A DNA stretch of 63,931 bases, counting the filler, from Octopus bimaculoides (lineage: Eukaryota), in assembly GCF_001194135.2 (NCBI RefSeq). It is 7 parts of 6 records of this genome, joined end to end, with 100 filler letters (N's around TTAATTAATTAA, not from the genome) between each part and the next. Parts side by side here need not be neighbours in the genome. Positions count along the whole stretch, not along the records: positions 35,906 to 53,408 come from NC_069001.1; 6 more parts are not named here. One strand, given 5' to 3'. Each line of letters opens with the position of its first letter. The stretch's first letter is position 1. This document shows, piece after piece, positions 35,906 through 48,083 of the stretch. The notes under the pieces were generated by a model, which ran no database searches, was not told the DNA's origin, and worked only from the letters and a program-made list of their open reading frames with translations. The position numbers were made by a program, and so were the translations under genes.

Positions 35906-38900
35906 CGTAATTACGTTCGTACGTACGTAATTACATTCGTACGTACGTCATTACATTCGTACGCGCGTACGTAATTACGTTCGTTCGTTCGTACGTACGT
36001 AATTACTTTCGTACATACGTACGTAATTACGTACGTTCGTTCGTATGTTCGTTTTTTCGTACGTACGTCCGTTCTTTTGTACCTTAGATCGTTGTTTATT
36101 TAATTCATTCGTTCGCTCCTTCGTTCGTACGTACATACGGAAATACGTTCGTAATTACGTTCGTTCGTTCGTTCGTACGTAAGTTCGTTTTTACGTACGT
36201 TTGATCGTACGTACGTTCGTTCTTTTGTACCTTAGTTCCTTGTTTATTTAATTCATTCGTTCGTTCGGTCGTTGGTACGTACGTACATAATTAGGTTTGT
36301 TCGTACGTACGTTCGTTCTTTTGTACCTTAGTTCGTTGTTTATTTAATTCATTCTTTCGTTCGTTCGTACGTACGTAATTACATTCGTACGTACGTACAT
36401 AATTACGTTTGTTCGTACGTACGTAATTACGTTCGTTCGTTCGTACGTACATTCGTTCGTACGTACGTACGTACGGAATTACGTTCTTTCGTATGTACGT
36501 AATTACGTTCTTTCGTACGTACGTTTGATCTTACGTACGTTTGTTCGTACGTACGTTCGTTCTTTTGTAACTTAGTTCGTTCTTTATTTAATTCTTTCGT
36601 TCGTTCGTTCGTTTGTACGTATGTGCTTAATTACGTTCGTACGTACGTACGTAATTACATTCGTACGTTCGTTCGTTCGTACGTTCGTTCATTCGTACGA
36701 ACGTTTGTTCGTACGTACGTTCGTTCTTTTGTATCTTAGTTCGTTGTTTCTTTAATTCATTCGTTCGTTCGTTCGTTAGTTCGTAATTACGTTCGGACGT
36801 ATGGACATAATTACATTCGTACCTACGTAATTACATTCGTACGCGGCGTACGTAATTACGTACGTTCGTTCGATCGTACGTTTGTTCGTTCGTACGTTCG
36901 TTCGTTCGTACGTACGTTTGTTCGTACGTACGTTCTTTCTTTTGTATCTTAGTTCGTTGTTTCTTTAATTCATTCGTTCGTTCGTACGGACGTAATTACG
37001 TTCGTTCGTACGTACGTGTGTAATTACGTTCGTACGTACGTAATTACATTCGTACATACGTAATTACGTTCGTACGTACGTAACTACGTTCGTTCGTTCG
37101 TACGTACGTTCGTTCGATCATAAGTACGTTTGTACGTACGAACGTTCATTCTTTTTTACCTTAGTTCGTTCTTTATTTAATTCATTCGTTCGTTCGTTCG
37201 TTTGTACATACGTACGTGTTCAATTACTTTCGTACGTACGTACGTAATTACATTCGTACGCGCGTACGTAATTACGTTCGTTCGTTCGTACGTACGTAAG
37301 TACGTTCGTACATACCTACGTAATTACGTACGTTCGTAAGTACGTTCGTTCGTATGTTCGTTTTTTCGTACGTACGTCCGTTCTTTTGTACCTTAGTTCG
37401 TTGTTTATTTAATTCATTTGTTCGCTCCTTCGTTCGTACGTACATACGGAAATACGTTCGTCATTACGTTTGTTTGTTCGTACGTATGTTCGTTTTTACG
37501 TACGTTTGTTCGTACGTACGTTCGTTCTTTTGTACCTTAGTTCCTTGTTTATTTAATTCATTCGTTCGTTCGCTCGTTCGTACGTACGTACGTAATTACG
37601 TATGTACGAATGTAATTACGTACGTACGAACGAATGTACGTACGAACGAACGTAATTACGTACGTACGAACAAACGTAATTATGTACGTACGTTCGAATG
37701 TAATTACGTACTTACGAATGTAACTACGTACGTACGTACGAACGAACGAATGAATGAATTAAATAAACAACGAACTAAGGTACAAAAGAACGAACGTACG
37801 TACGAACAAACCTAATTACGTACGTACGTACGAACGACCGAACGAACGAATGAATTAAATAAACAACGAACTAAGGTACAAAAGAACGAGCGTACGTACG
37901 AACAAACGTACGTAAGAACGCACGTACCTTCGAACACGTACATACGAACGATCGTACGTACAAACGAACGTAGTTACGTACGTATGTACGAACGTAATTA
38001 CGTACGTAGTAATGTAATTATGTACATACGTTGTTACGTACGTATGTAAGAACGGACGAAGTAGGTGCGTACAAACGAACGAACGAACGAACGAATGAAT
38101 TAAATAAACAACGAACTAAGGTACAAAAGAACGAACGTACATACGAACAAACGTACGTACGAACGAACGTACGTACGAACGAACGAACGTAATTCCTTAC
38201 GTACGAACGAACGTAATTACTTACTTACGAACGAACGTAATTCCGTACGTACGTACGAACGTAATTATGTACGTACGTACGAATGTAATTACGTACGTAC
38301 GAACGTAATTAAACACGTACGTACGAACGAACGTAATTACGTACGTACGAACGAACGAACGAACGAATGAATTAAATAAACAACGAACGAACGTAATTCC
38401 GTATGTAGGTACGAACGAAGGAGCGAACTAATGAATTAAATAAACAACGAACTAAAGTACAAAGGAACGAACATACGTACGAACGAACGTAATTACGTAT
38501 GTATGTACGAACGTAATTACGTACGTACGAACGTAATTACGTACGTACGAATGTAATTACGTACGACTGTAATTACGTACGTACGTTCGAACGTAATTCC
38601 GTATGTACGTAGTTATGTACGAACGGACGAAGGTACATGCGTACAAACGACCGAACGAACGTACTTACGATCGAACGAACGTACGTACGTTCGTTCGTTC
38701 TATCGTACTTATGTACGTAATTACGTTCGTTCTTTCGTTCGTTTGTTCGATCGTTCGTTCGTTCGTACGTACGTACGTACTTGCATTCGTTCATTTTTAC
38801 ATTCATTCGTACGTTCGTTCGTTCTTTCGTACGTATGTACGTAATTACCTTCGTTCGTACGTACGTAATTACGTTCGTACGTACGTAATTACGTTCCTAC

Positions 38901-39190
38901 GTACGTACGTAATTACGTTCGTACGTATGTACGTAATTACGTACGTACGTAATTACGTTCGTATATACGTATGTAATTACGTTCGTTCCTTCGATCGTTC
39001 GGTCGATCGTTCTTTCGTTTGTACCTACGTACGTTTGTTCATTTGTTCGTTCAGTCGTACGTTCGTTCGTTCTTTCGGTCGTTCGTACTTTCCTTCCTTC
39101 ATTTCCTTCGCCCGTTCGTTCATACGTACGCATGTTATTTCGTTCGAGCGTTTGTACGTTCGGATGTATGTGCGTACGGGAAGACCACTG
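35906..39190. repeat. CpG-rich palindromic satellite (CGTAATTACG / CGTACG / TTCG) with internal orientation flips
   Basis: Short palindromic units plus a recurring marker ttcttttgtaccttagttcgttgtttatttaattcattcg; orientation switches near 37595 and 38684. Confidence 0.92.
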
Positions 39191-40307
39191 TATGGATTTG
39201 GATTAAAAAAAAAGCAGACCAATGGTTTGATGCTATGGGGATGCAGGCTGGAACATGATCAACCCCGACGGGGTCAAATGGGCAAGGGGTTCTGATGTTG
39301 AAAAAACAGAAACCCTCTGAGACTAGAAGCATCACTGACGGTGCATCTCAGAGCATCCGTAAGATGTATATTACAGCTCAAAATTTTATAAAATGAAAAT
39401 TGAACGAACATAAGAACATGATTTTATTTAACAGTTACAGGTACAAATTAATACAATTCTAAAGCAGAATGTCTTTAATCATTATCGATTCGCTTAAAAA
39501 AGACAAAGACCAAAACAATTTTTAGCACATCGTATACAAACTGTCCAATTTCAAAAACGCTCTTCTTATTCAGTACAGCGTACAGTATATTGCATGGTAT
39601 TGTATAGTATATTCGGATTTCTGGAAGTCGGATAGGAGATCCGGTAATGTATTAGTATTTCCCCCACTTCTCTTTTCTATCTTCCATTCAATTTGTGGTG
39701 AGCTGGGTAAACGGGCCTGCTTGCGACTGCAGATTGAGAGAAGCGAGGGTGGAGAGGGCAGTTGCCCTAGTGGCCTGGGTGTTCGTGATTTGGTGGGGGT
39801 TTCACTAGCAGGTCTCGGATGTCTCTCCGCTCTTGGGGAATTTTTCTTTTCATGTTTGAATTTTTTCTTGTTTGAATTATTTTTGTCTGGATCTTTTGTT
39901 TCATTGCTTTTGTTATTTTACTGTTTACACGCCTTCGTGTAATCTTTCATCATATCATATCGTATTGTATTGTACTGCACCGTCCTTGGTCTCTGTGGAG
40001 AATAAAGAAATCATTATGAGAATAAAGAACGTCATTGTTATCGAAATATCGGGACAGATGGCGACAGTAAACACGCTAACTTTTTTCTATTAATGGATGG
40101 ATATTGTATATTTATTTTGCTTATGAATGAACAATTTAGTAAAAATAAATTTAAAAAAAGAATTGGTTAATTCAACGTCGGAAATACCAGCCACCCACTT
40201 ACCAAATATTTCTAGTCAGTGATCTATCATGGAACCTAATCTTTTTTTCCTCCACAGGTGGTACCACTATCGTTTTTGGCTATTCTCAGTACATTTATTT
40301 TCTTTTC

Positions 40308-40525
40308 AAGCAGCGAGCTGGCCGAGTCGTTAGCGCGCCGGGCGAAATGCTTATCGGTATTTCGTCCGTCTTTACGTTCTGAGTTCAAATTCCGCCGAGG
40401 TTGACTTTGCCTTTCATCCATTCGGGGTCAATAAATTAAGTACCAGTTGCGTACTGGGGCCGATCTAATCGACTGGCCCTCTCCCCCAAAATTTCGGGTC
40501 TTGTGCCTAGAGTAGAAAATAATAT
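40308..40525 (+). mobile_element. tRNA-derived SINE (gcggcgagctggc family)
   Basis: Head gcgagctggcc..gttagc..ccgggcgaaatgctt; B box gagttcaaattcc; central gactttgcctttcatcc.ttcggggtc.ataaa box. Confidence 0.88.
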
Positions 40526-40826
40526 TTTTTTTGCTTTAAAAATCCTGTTTAGAATTGTTAAATTCTTTTATTATTCCTATTTAAAAGTTAGAGAAAAAAG
40601 TTCGATGCTTAGTATATTTGTAGGATCCCCTCCTTCTAAGCTGGTGAGGTGGGTGTAGTTTAAGTTCCATATAGGTGATACACAAGCGCTCAGTTCTTAG
40701 TGCACTGCTTCCTGTAGCGGAAACAGCTGTAAGATCTTGAAGCAGGCTAAATAATACATACACACACATGTTCAGATTATGAATTTACTTATTTCTTTAT
40801 TTTCTCTCTCTCTCTCTCTCCAACAG

Positions 40827-40922
40827 ATCCTATGGGCGTTTATCTGTGTGTTGCTGTTTTATCGAACGTTCAACCGTTACAAATATGAGCCACGGTTCTA
40901 CTACGTACACCAGATGTTAGGG
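40827..40922 (+). CDS. NOX4: NADPH oxidase 4 exon (equivalent to human coding exon 2), ILWAFICVLLFYRTFNRYKYEPRFYYVHQMLG
   Basis: Polypyrimidine tract + caacag acceptor; gg|gtgagt donor; 96 nt, phase 0/0. Peptide resembles human NOX4 FIWLSMNVLLFWKTFLLYNQGPEYHYLHQMLG (recalled sequence). Confidence 0.93.
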
Positions 40923-41313
40923 GTGAGTAAAGCCATTTTATATCGTTTCCATTAATGGGGATGCCAGGGGCTGCAACAGTACTGCGTGATAGTTGTATAT
41001 TAAGTGGTATGGTTGTTGAAAAAGTGCATATAGTGTGGTAGTATGGCGATAGTTGCAGTGGTAGTGTACTTAAAAACAACAAGAAAACCTAGTACTTATT
41101 CTACTGGTTGTCAAGCGGTGGTGGGGGATAAGCACAGACACAGACACACACACGTATCTATGGTAGTGTTGTAGTGAAGGCTGTAGCGGTGTGTTGGTGA
41201 TTGTAGTAGTGTGGTAGTGTATATAGTGGTGAGGTGGTTGTTGCAGTGATGTGTTTAAAGTTGTAGTGGTATACATAGGAGTATCATAGTATGGTGATGG
41301 TTGTAGTGTGATA

Positions 41314-41634
41314 GCACATGGCTTAGTTGTTAGTGGATTCGGCTCATGATCGTATGGTCGAGAGTTCGATTCCTGGTGGTGTGTTTTGTCCTTGAGCAAG
41401 ACACTTTATTTCACGCTGTTCCAGTCCACTCATGTGGCAAAAATGAGTTGTACCAGTAATTCAAAGGGCCAGCCTTGTCAGATTCTGTGTCACACTGAAT
41501 CTCCCCGAGAACTACGTTAAGGGTATGACGTGTGTCTGTGGAGTACTCAGCTACTTGCACGTTAATTTCATGAGCAGACTGTTCTGTTGACTGAAGTAAC
41601 TGGAACACTCATCGTCGTAACCGACGGAGTATTC
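41314..41634 (+). mobile_element. tRNA-derived SINE (head type B, tail shared with 4396-4773)
   Basis: A box tggcttagttg, B box gagttcgattcc; tail tcaaagggccagccttgtc...cgtcgtaaccgacggagt. Confidence 0.88.
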
Positions 41635-41942
41635 AGCCATGGTTGTAGTGGTATGCTAGTGGTATGCTAGGGTGTTGTAATACAGATATAAATGGTGGTG
41701 TTGCGATTGTTGTTGAAGTGAGCTGGTTATTGCAGTAGTGATCGTGATGTTGCGGGATCGCTGCAGTGTTGAGGTGGTGGTAGATATAGTGGTATCATTG
41801 TTGCTGTACTGGTCTGGTGTTATATGCAGCATTGTTTTGGCGGCTGCAGTACTGCAGTGGTGGATGTGATGGTTGCTGAAGATACGATGTTTACTAGAAT
41901 TGAAACCTACCGCTGCCTTACCTTCTGTTTCTTCCATTTTAG

Positions 41943-42056
41943 TCATCGCTGTGCATCTCACGTGGGTCAGCGTCTGTGATAAATCTCAATTGTGGATTGG
42001 TTCTTCTACCCATGTGTCGAGTCGTAGTTACTTCCTTACGTGGCATACTAAGAAAG
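41943..42056 (+). CDS. NOX4: NOX4 exon (human exon 3 equivalent), SSLCISRGSASVINLNCGLVLLPMCRVVVTSLRGILRK
   Basis: ttccattttag acceptor; aag|gttagt donor; 114 nt, phase 0/0. LC.SR.SASV.NLNC..LLPMCR motif is NOX4-like (NOX2 reads ARAPAACLNFNC). Confidence 0.95.
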
Positions 42057-42632
42057 GTTAGTAGAGATTCCTTCCTTTAAAAAAAAAAAAAATCCAAAAC
42101 GTTCAACCAATCATACGTTAATCAATCTGACAGATTGAACAGAATCTAAGAAGACTGGTGGTGGTCTGTGTCGGTAAGACTTGCATAATTTGTAAAAAGT
42201 GACCGAAAGAGTACAGTGATATTCCTGTGGGGAGTAGAGTATCTAATGTTTCGGATAAAGTTGACAGAAGGGAAATTAAAGCATGACATGAGTGTTTTAC
42301 ACCTTTCTCTGCATGCACGCATGCACATACGTACATGCTAAGTCTGTGCGTGTAAGACACACAAACACATATATACACATATATAATACAAACAAACACA
42401 TATATTCTGAGTTCTTTTTTGCGACTCACGTTTCACGCCACCAATACTGGACATGTACCTCTCATGAAACAAAATACAATATTAGTAACTAAGTTGCAGA
42501 CAATGTTTAGTGGTTAAAAAAATGCAAGAAAGATTAATCGATCAAGCGACATGAATAAATAAAAAAAATAAAAAACAGTCCGCACTGCTGAGTAAAGGAA
42601 AAACAAACAGATATACTGAGTTATAGCAGTTC

Positions 42633-42671
42633 TTGCCTGACGATCGCTGTAACGTGAAACTCAAGTCGTAA
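42633..42671 (+). ncRNA. Minimal hammerhead motif in a NOX4 intron (core intact, stem II weak)
   Basis: ttgc-CTGACGA-tcgctgtaacgt-GAAA-ctcaag-TC^gtaa. Confidence 0.55.
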
Positions 42672-43002
42672 AAACGGAATTTTGTTAATATTAGCCTTAT
42701 GTCCAACACGTAGTAAGTTCTCATTCATCGACGAAAAGTGCCGTTTCAACACACACACACACGATCAGAATTCATATTCTTGTTGTCGAAACGGACGCAC
42801 AGACACGAAGAACTGAGAGCTCTTCGATGCATGAATACACTCCACCACCATTTCTTGCTCGGCATTGATTGGTAGAATTGTCAGAGCCTCGAACGCGTTT
42901 AAATGCCGTTAAATATTACTTTGCAGTATTAATGTTGCCTTTGTCGCTAATATATACTCATGACGTAAAACTGGTTTTCTTTTTTTCTTTTCTCTCTTCC
43001 AG

Positions 43003-43087
43003 ATGAGTATGTACACGATGCGAGTGATCATAGATTCGTGTAAAGGCTTCCATATAGCGTGCGCCTATGCTATAGTTCTTTCTTCAG
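43003..43087 (+). CDS. NOX4: NOX4 exon (human exon 4 equivalent), MSMYTMRVIIDSCKGFHIACAYAIVLSS
   Basis: Long pyrimidine tract + ccag acceptor; cag|gtaaga donor; 85 nt, phase 0/1. Contains the FH heme-ligand motif (human RRLLDKSRTFHITCGVTICIFSG). Confidence 0.92.
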
Positions 43088-43124
43088 GTAAGACTCAGCT
43101 CCATACTTTGTTAAGCTTCCGATC

Positions 43125-43225
43125 AAGGTGGGCTGTGTGGTTAAGAAACTCGCTTTGCGACCACATGGTTTCAGGTTCAGTCCTACTGCATAGCACTTTG
43201 GGCAAGTGTCTTCCTATATAGCCTT
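43125..43225 (+). mobile_element. tRNA-derived SINE head (family of 56722-56885)
   Basis: gctgtgtggttaagaa..gcttt..accacatggt..caggttcagtcc.actgc..gcac.ttgggcaagtgtctt. Confidence 0.75.
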
Positions 43226-43245
43226 AGTGTCTTCCAATATAACCA

Positions 43246-43630
43246 AAGGCGGCGAGCTGGCAGAAACGTTAGCACGCCGGGCGAAATGCTTAGCGGTATT
43301 TCGTCTGTCTTTACGTTCTGAGTTCAAATCCCGCCGAGGTCGACTTTGCCCTTCATCCTTTCGGGGTCGATAAATTAAGTACCAGTTACGCACTGGGGTC
43401 GATGCAATCGACTTAATCCGTTTGTCTGTCCTTGTTTGTCCCCTCTATGCTTAGCCCCCTGTGAGTAATAAAGAAATAAGAAACGTTAGCACGCCGGGCG
43501 AAATGCTTAGCGGTATTTCGTCCGTCTTTACGCTCTGAGTTCAAATCCCGCCGAGGTCGACTTTGACTTTCATCCTTTCGGGGTCGATAAATTAAATACC
43601 AGTTGTGTACTGGAGGTCAATCTAATCACA
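43246..43630 (+). mobile_element. Tandem (dimeric) SINE of the gcggcgagctggc family
   Basis: Full copy from 43246; second copy restarting at agaaacgttagcacgccggg near 43478. Confidence 0.88.
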
Positions 43631-44510
43631 GTTTCTGAGTCGAGTCATTGGTCGGATACAAAATCCGATCAATGGTAGTCCACAATACCGCAGAGCGTCC
43701 TGGTACCAAAAGAATTTAGACGGCTCCTACAAGCGATCCTACAAGTGGAGGCGACAATCTATCCCTTAAATGCCATCTTGCACATCTAGGGGTTGCGGGT
43801 GCCCCATGATAGGAACTGTTCTATCCGATCGTTCGACCTGCTTAGAAATAGAAGCCAAATTTCACTAAAATCACAGTATAATGTTTTAAAAAGGGAATGA
43901 CATACGAGGTAATGTTTCATTCTTTTACAAAAAGACGAGATGGTCATGCAAGGATTGCCTCTGATTATGAGGTTACTGGGTTAGGATTGACCTAGAAATA
44001 AATAAGTAGTACGACCAAAGCAAAGACATGTAATTCCATAGTGTTTGAATGTTGGATGGAAGGAGGAGGAGGTGGGGGAGGAGATGAAGAGGAAAGAGGG
44101 GAGGAGGAAGAACAAGAAGACGAAGGAGGAAGGGAAGACGAAGAAGAGGAAGAAAGAGGAGGAGTAGACGAAAAAGGTAGGAGGAAGAGAAGACGATGAG
44201 GAAAAGAAACAAGAAAGACGAAGCAGAAGAAAATGAAGAGGAGGCAGAAGATGAAGAAAAAAAGAAGATACAAAGGAAGAAGACGAGGGAAAATGAAAAG
44301 AGGAAAAGACGAAGGAGACGAAAGAAGAGAAAAAGAAGAAAAAGAAGAAAACGAAAAAGAAAGCAGCAGAAGAAGGAAACAAAATGGTAAAAAAAAAAAA
44401 GAAATGGGGAAAGTGAGATGGAAGAGAAAAAAAGGTGTTGCGATGGCTTTTATGAACCCTAAACTATTAATTAAAGCAGTTAACAGTTGTGTTGTGTTGT
44501 GTCGTTTGAG

Positions 44511-44549
<39 letters not shown>

Positions 44550-44681
44550 TTTTACATCTCCAAGATGTTTCAAGCTTAGATCTGGCAGCAGATATCAATT
44601 TGATTACAACAGAACAGCTCATTGTTTAATTGACAGCTGGTGGTAATTAACTTAATGTGTGTGTGTGTGTGTGATGCTGTT

Positions 44682-44723
<42 letters not shown>

Positions 44724-45608
44724 TAGAGAGAAGGAAAAAAGAGGGATAGCTGGAGAGAGATTGAGAACTGGAGAGGAAGAGAGAGAAAAAAAGAGAATAG
44801 AGTGAGAAAAATGGAGAGAGAGGGAAGGAGAGAAAGAAAGAGAGAAAGGAAATGAGGGAGGGAAGGAGAGAGAAGAAAAAAGGGATGGAGAGAGAAAAAA
44901 AATAAGATCGAGAGAGAGCGACAAAGAGAGCAAGGGAAAGAGAGAACGAAAGAAAGTGCAGAAGAGAGAGAGAGAGAGAAAGGGGGGGAGGGAAGAGATG
45001 AGATTTTTTAATATTTATTTGTTGGTTTCGAAGTCACGAATTTAGCCTATATTTGCCGGTTGCCGGGGGGAAATGACGAATGGGTAGAAGTTAGGGGGAC
45101 AATGGAGTTTAGGGAACGACGTAGGGCTCTGGTTTGGTAACTTAATAATTCAGAGAACCAACGTAGTCGCTTCATATGCTAAAAATAACAACCGACTCGC
45201 TCTCAGATCATACTCTGTCATTTAAAAAAAGGAAGAACAAGTTGAATAACGAGGTCTGGGGCTGTGTGTATGTATGCGTGCGTTTGTGAATGATGCCTCA
45301 ATACGTCTATATATCTCCTAATACTGTAATTTCTCCTTCTGAGAGTGTGTGTGTGCGTGCACTAACAAATTATCTTCCTATATGTGTATGAGTGTGTCGC
45401 ATACATATAACTATATATCTACTAAAATGCCCCTCTCCCTCTGTGTGTATGCTTGCGTGTGTGTGTCTGTGTGTGTAAAGCTTGTATATAACTATATATC
45501 TACTAATACCACAATTTCTCCCTTTGTGTGTGTTTGTGAGTGTGTGTGTGCATATGTGTATATGACAAACACACATACATGTCTGTTAATAAAACCTTAT
45601 CTCCCTGC

Positions 45609-45653
<45 letters not shown>

Positions 45654-46335
45654 AAAGATAGAGAGTTCCAGCTACAAGCCACATAACGAGCCTTTTCTCT
45701 TAGAAAACCCTGTTATCAGCCTCACCCTGGTTTCTCAGTCTCGCAGTGTTTGACCTCTTACAAGTCACACGAGATAATGAGTTTCATTAACACTTCAGCC
45801 CCTCCTGTTTTTTTTGGGTGGGGGGAGAGGAAACAGGAAGGAATACAGAAAGCACAACGCCACCCCTGTCTCAGCTGGGCCCTTTCGAATGGCGAAAAGA
45901 CATACATGCGGAAAGTGTCACCTTAACTGGGTCAATGATTTGACATGGACGTGAAGGAAAAGATACAGCAGAGGAAGACAAGCAAGAGTTTTTTTTCTAA
46001 CCCAAACAACAACCGTCTGTACAAGGAAAAGGCAACACTAATGATGGGTATTTTTATTATTTTATCATTATTATTAATATTATTATTTATTGTCTTTGAA
46101 CAGCTTCTAACACTGGAGATGTACTACGGCGCCAGCTGTTCATTATCATTATTATTATTATCATTATTATTATTATAATAGACGTTGCACAGTATACAAT
46201 ATCGTGATGTTGTTGGTTGAAGATATTGTGTCTACCGGGGGTGGAGGGTTTGCATGGTTTATCAAGTCACAACAAGGACCTCAGACAGACAGTATTTTAC
46301 GTAATATGCGTGCAGTTCTAATTCTTATCATTATT

Positions 46336-46540
46336 AAGGCGGCGAGCTGGCAGAATCGTTAGCACGCCGGACGAAATGCTTAGCGATATTTCACCCGTCA
46401 CTACGTTCTGAGTTCAGCAAAATCGACCGATAGAATAAGTACTAGGCTTACAAAGAATAAGTCCTAGGGTCGATTTGCTCGACTAAAGGCGGTGCTCTAG
46501 CATGGCCGCAGTCAAATGACTGAAACAAATAAAAGAAAAG
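46336..46540 (+). mobile_element. Chimeric SINE: gcggcgagctggc head fused to the other family's 3' body
   Basis: Head to agttca (46416), then gcaaaatcgaccgatagaataagtactaggcttac... Confidence 0.8.
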
Positions 46541-46569
46541 AATATATATATATATATATATATATGTTT

Positions 46570-47200
46570 TCGATCTAGTTGGATTCTTTGCTATCAAATT
46601 TGATTGCAAAGAATTCAAAAGAAAAAAATCTTAAACTCCCCTAATAGGGAGAAAACTACCACCCAGGGTCAACTAAGGAACCCCACACATCCCAGACCAC
46701 CTTAAAGCTTTGGGTAAAAGAATATATAGGAGGATCAGTTAATTGTGATTTTATTCAACATATTCCCTTCTCAGATTCACACACTTATTGCAGTGGTCCT
46801 TCAGTTTTCCTAAGACCAGTAAAAGAACTCCGAAGGCTGGGCCACCAACCAGGCCTTTCTCGATACCCTTAAAGCCAGAAACTTTTCAGCACTCTCTCGT
46901 CTTCTCCGGGAGTACCATGGCAATTGCCTCTTTCTCCTCCGCACTCCTTAGCCTACATACAGCGCGCCAACCTAGAGTAAGTATAGGCTCACACATTCGG
47001 GTCATCCTTGTCAAGTTTACTGGCAGCAACAGTACATACCTCTCAACCCTCACTTTCCTTTTCAAATGCAATTTAAAAAGAAGATCGATGTGGCCTTGGT
47101 CGAGAACAAGAGTGAATACGATTCGAATGAGATGAGTGAAACTGGAAAAGACCGGCTGTGGAACGGAGTGGATGTATAATGTTAATGCAATAAAAATACG
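46570..47200 (-). mobile_element. LINE (probably L1/Tx1-like) ORF2 end + 3' UTR
   Basis: Minus-strand FKLHLKRKVRVER..VL motif; second copy at 15845-15935; clade assignment from memory. Confidence 0.45.
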
Positions 47201-47683
47201 AATGATGAAGTGTTTCCACTTGTTATAATACCGTGACAAGAGAGAATCTAGAATAAATATCATATTTCATTGAAGCAGACGATCTCTTAAGTGTCTACCA
47301 TTTTTGTTTTTCTCCTCCTCCTTTTTCCATCATATGCACAAACACGCTCTCTCTTTCTCTTCAAGTGCCTCTCACTCCACTTCGTTTTCTTCTCCTCCTC
47401 CTATATCATACCAACAGACACAAAATCCTCTCCTACTTTTCAAATTCCCCTCACACACTCTCACTAAACTTTCTCCTATTCCCTTTTCTATCACATACAC
47501 CTTCTCTCTTACTTTCCAAATCCTTTTCATGCTCATTTCCTCTCCCTCTCTCTCAAACACATACAGATTCTACAGACTCTTTCTCTCTCTTTTACTCTCC
47601 ATCCCTACACTTCACCCCTGTCCCACTCTTACCATGTTTCTCCCTAATCCCTCTCACAGATCCTCCCTTTCTTTCTTCTCCAG

Positions 47684-47781
47684 TGATCCACTACACTGCT
47701 CACGTGATTAACGCCAGAAATTTCTCAATGAACTACAACAGAATCTATACAAATGTCAACGCAGCTAAATACCAATACGAA
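47684..47781 (+). CDS. NOX4: NOX4 exon (human exon 5 equivalent), (V)IHYTAHVINARNFSMNYNRIYTNVNAAKYQYE
   Basis: ttcttctccag acceptor; gaa|gtgagt donor; 98 nt, phase 1/0. Resembles human VHVAAHLVNALNFSVNYSEDFVELNAARYRDE; second heme His lies 14 residues after the first. Confidence 0.95.
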
Positions 47782-47836
47782 GTGAGTGCCATCTTTCTAT
47801 TTCATGACGTTCTTGTGTTGTTGCTGTCGTTATTGT

Positions 47837-48083
47837 GGAGGCGCAATGGCCCAGTGGTTAGGGCAGCGGCTTCGCAGTCATAGGATTGCGGTTTCGATTC
47901 CCAGACCGGGCGTTGTGAGTGTTTATTGAGCGAAAACACCTAAAGCTCCACGAGGCTCCGGCAGGGGTGGTGGTGGCGAACCCTGCTGTACTCTTCCACC
48001 ACAACTTTCTCTCACTCTTACTTCCTGATTCTGTTGTGCCTGTAATTCAAAGGGTCAGCCTTGTCACACTCTGTGTCACGCTG
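47837..48083 (+). mobile_element. tRNA-derived SINE, truncated by a gap
   Basis: ggaggcgcaatggcccagtggttagggcagcgg...ttcgattcccagaccggg; same family as 4396-4773. Confidence 0.9.

Noticed and set aside
35906-39190. Possible CRISPR-like array or coding repeat (ORFs 37354-37815, 38603-39295)
   Set aside because: No unique spacers, eukaryotic context, and the peptides merely reflect the satellite units.
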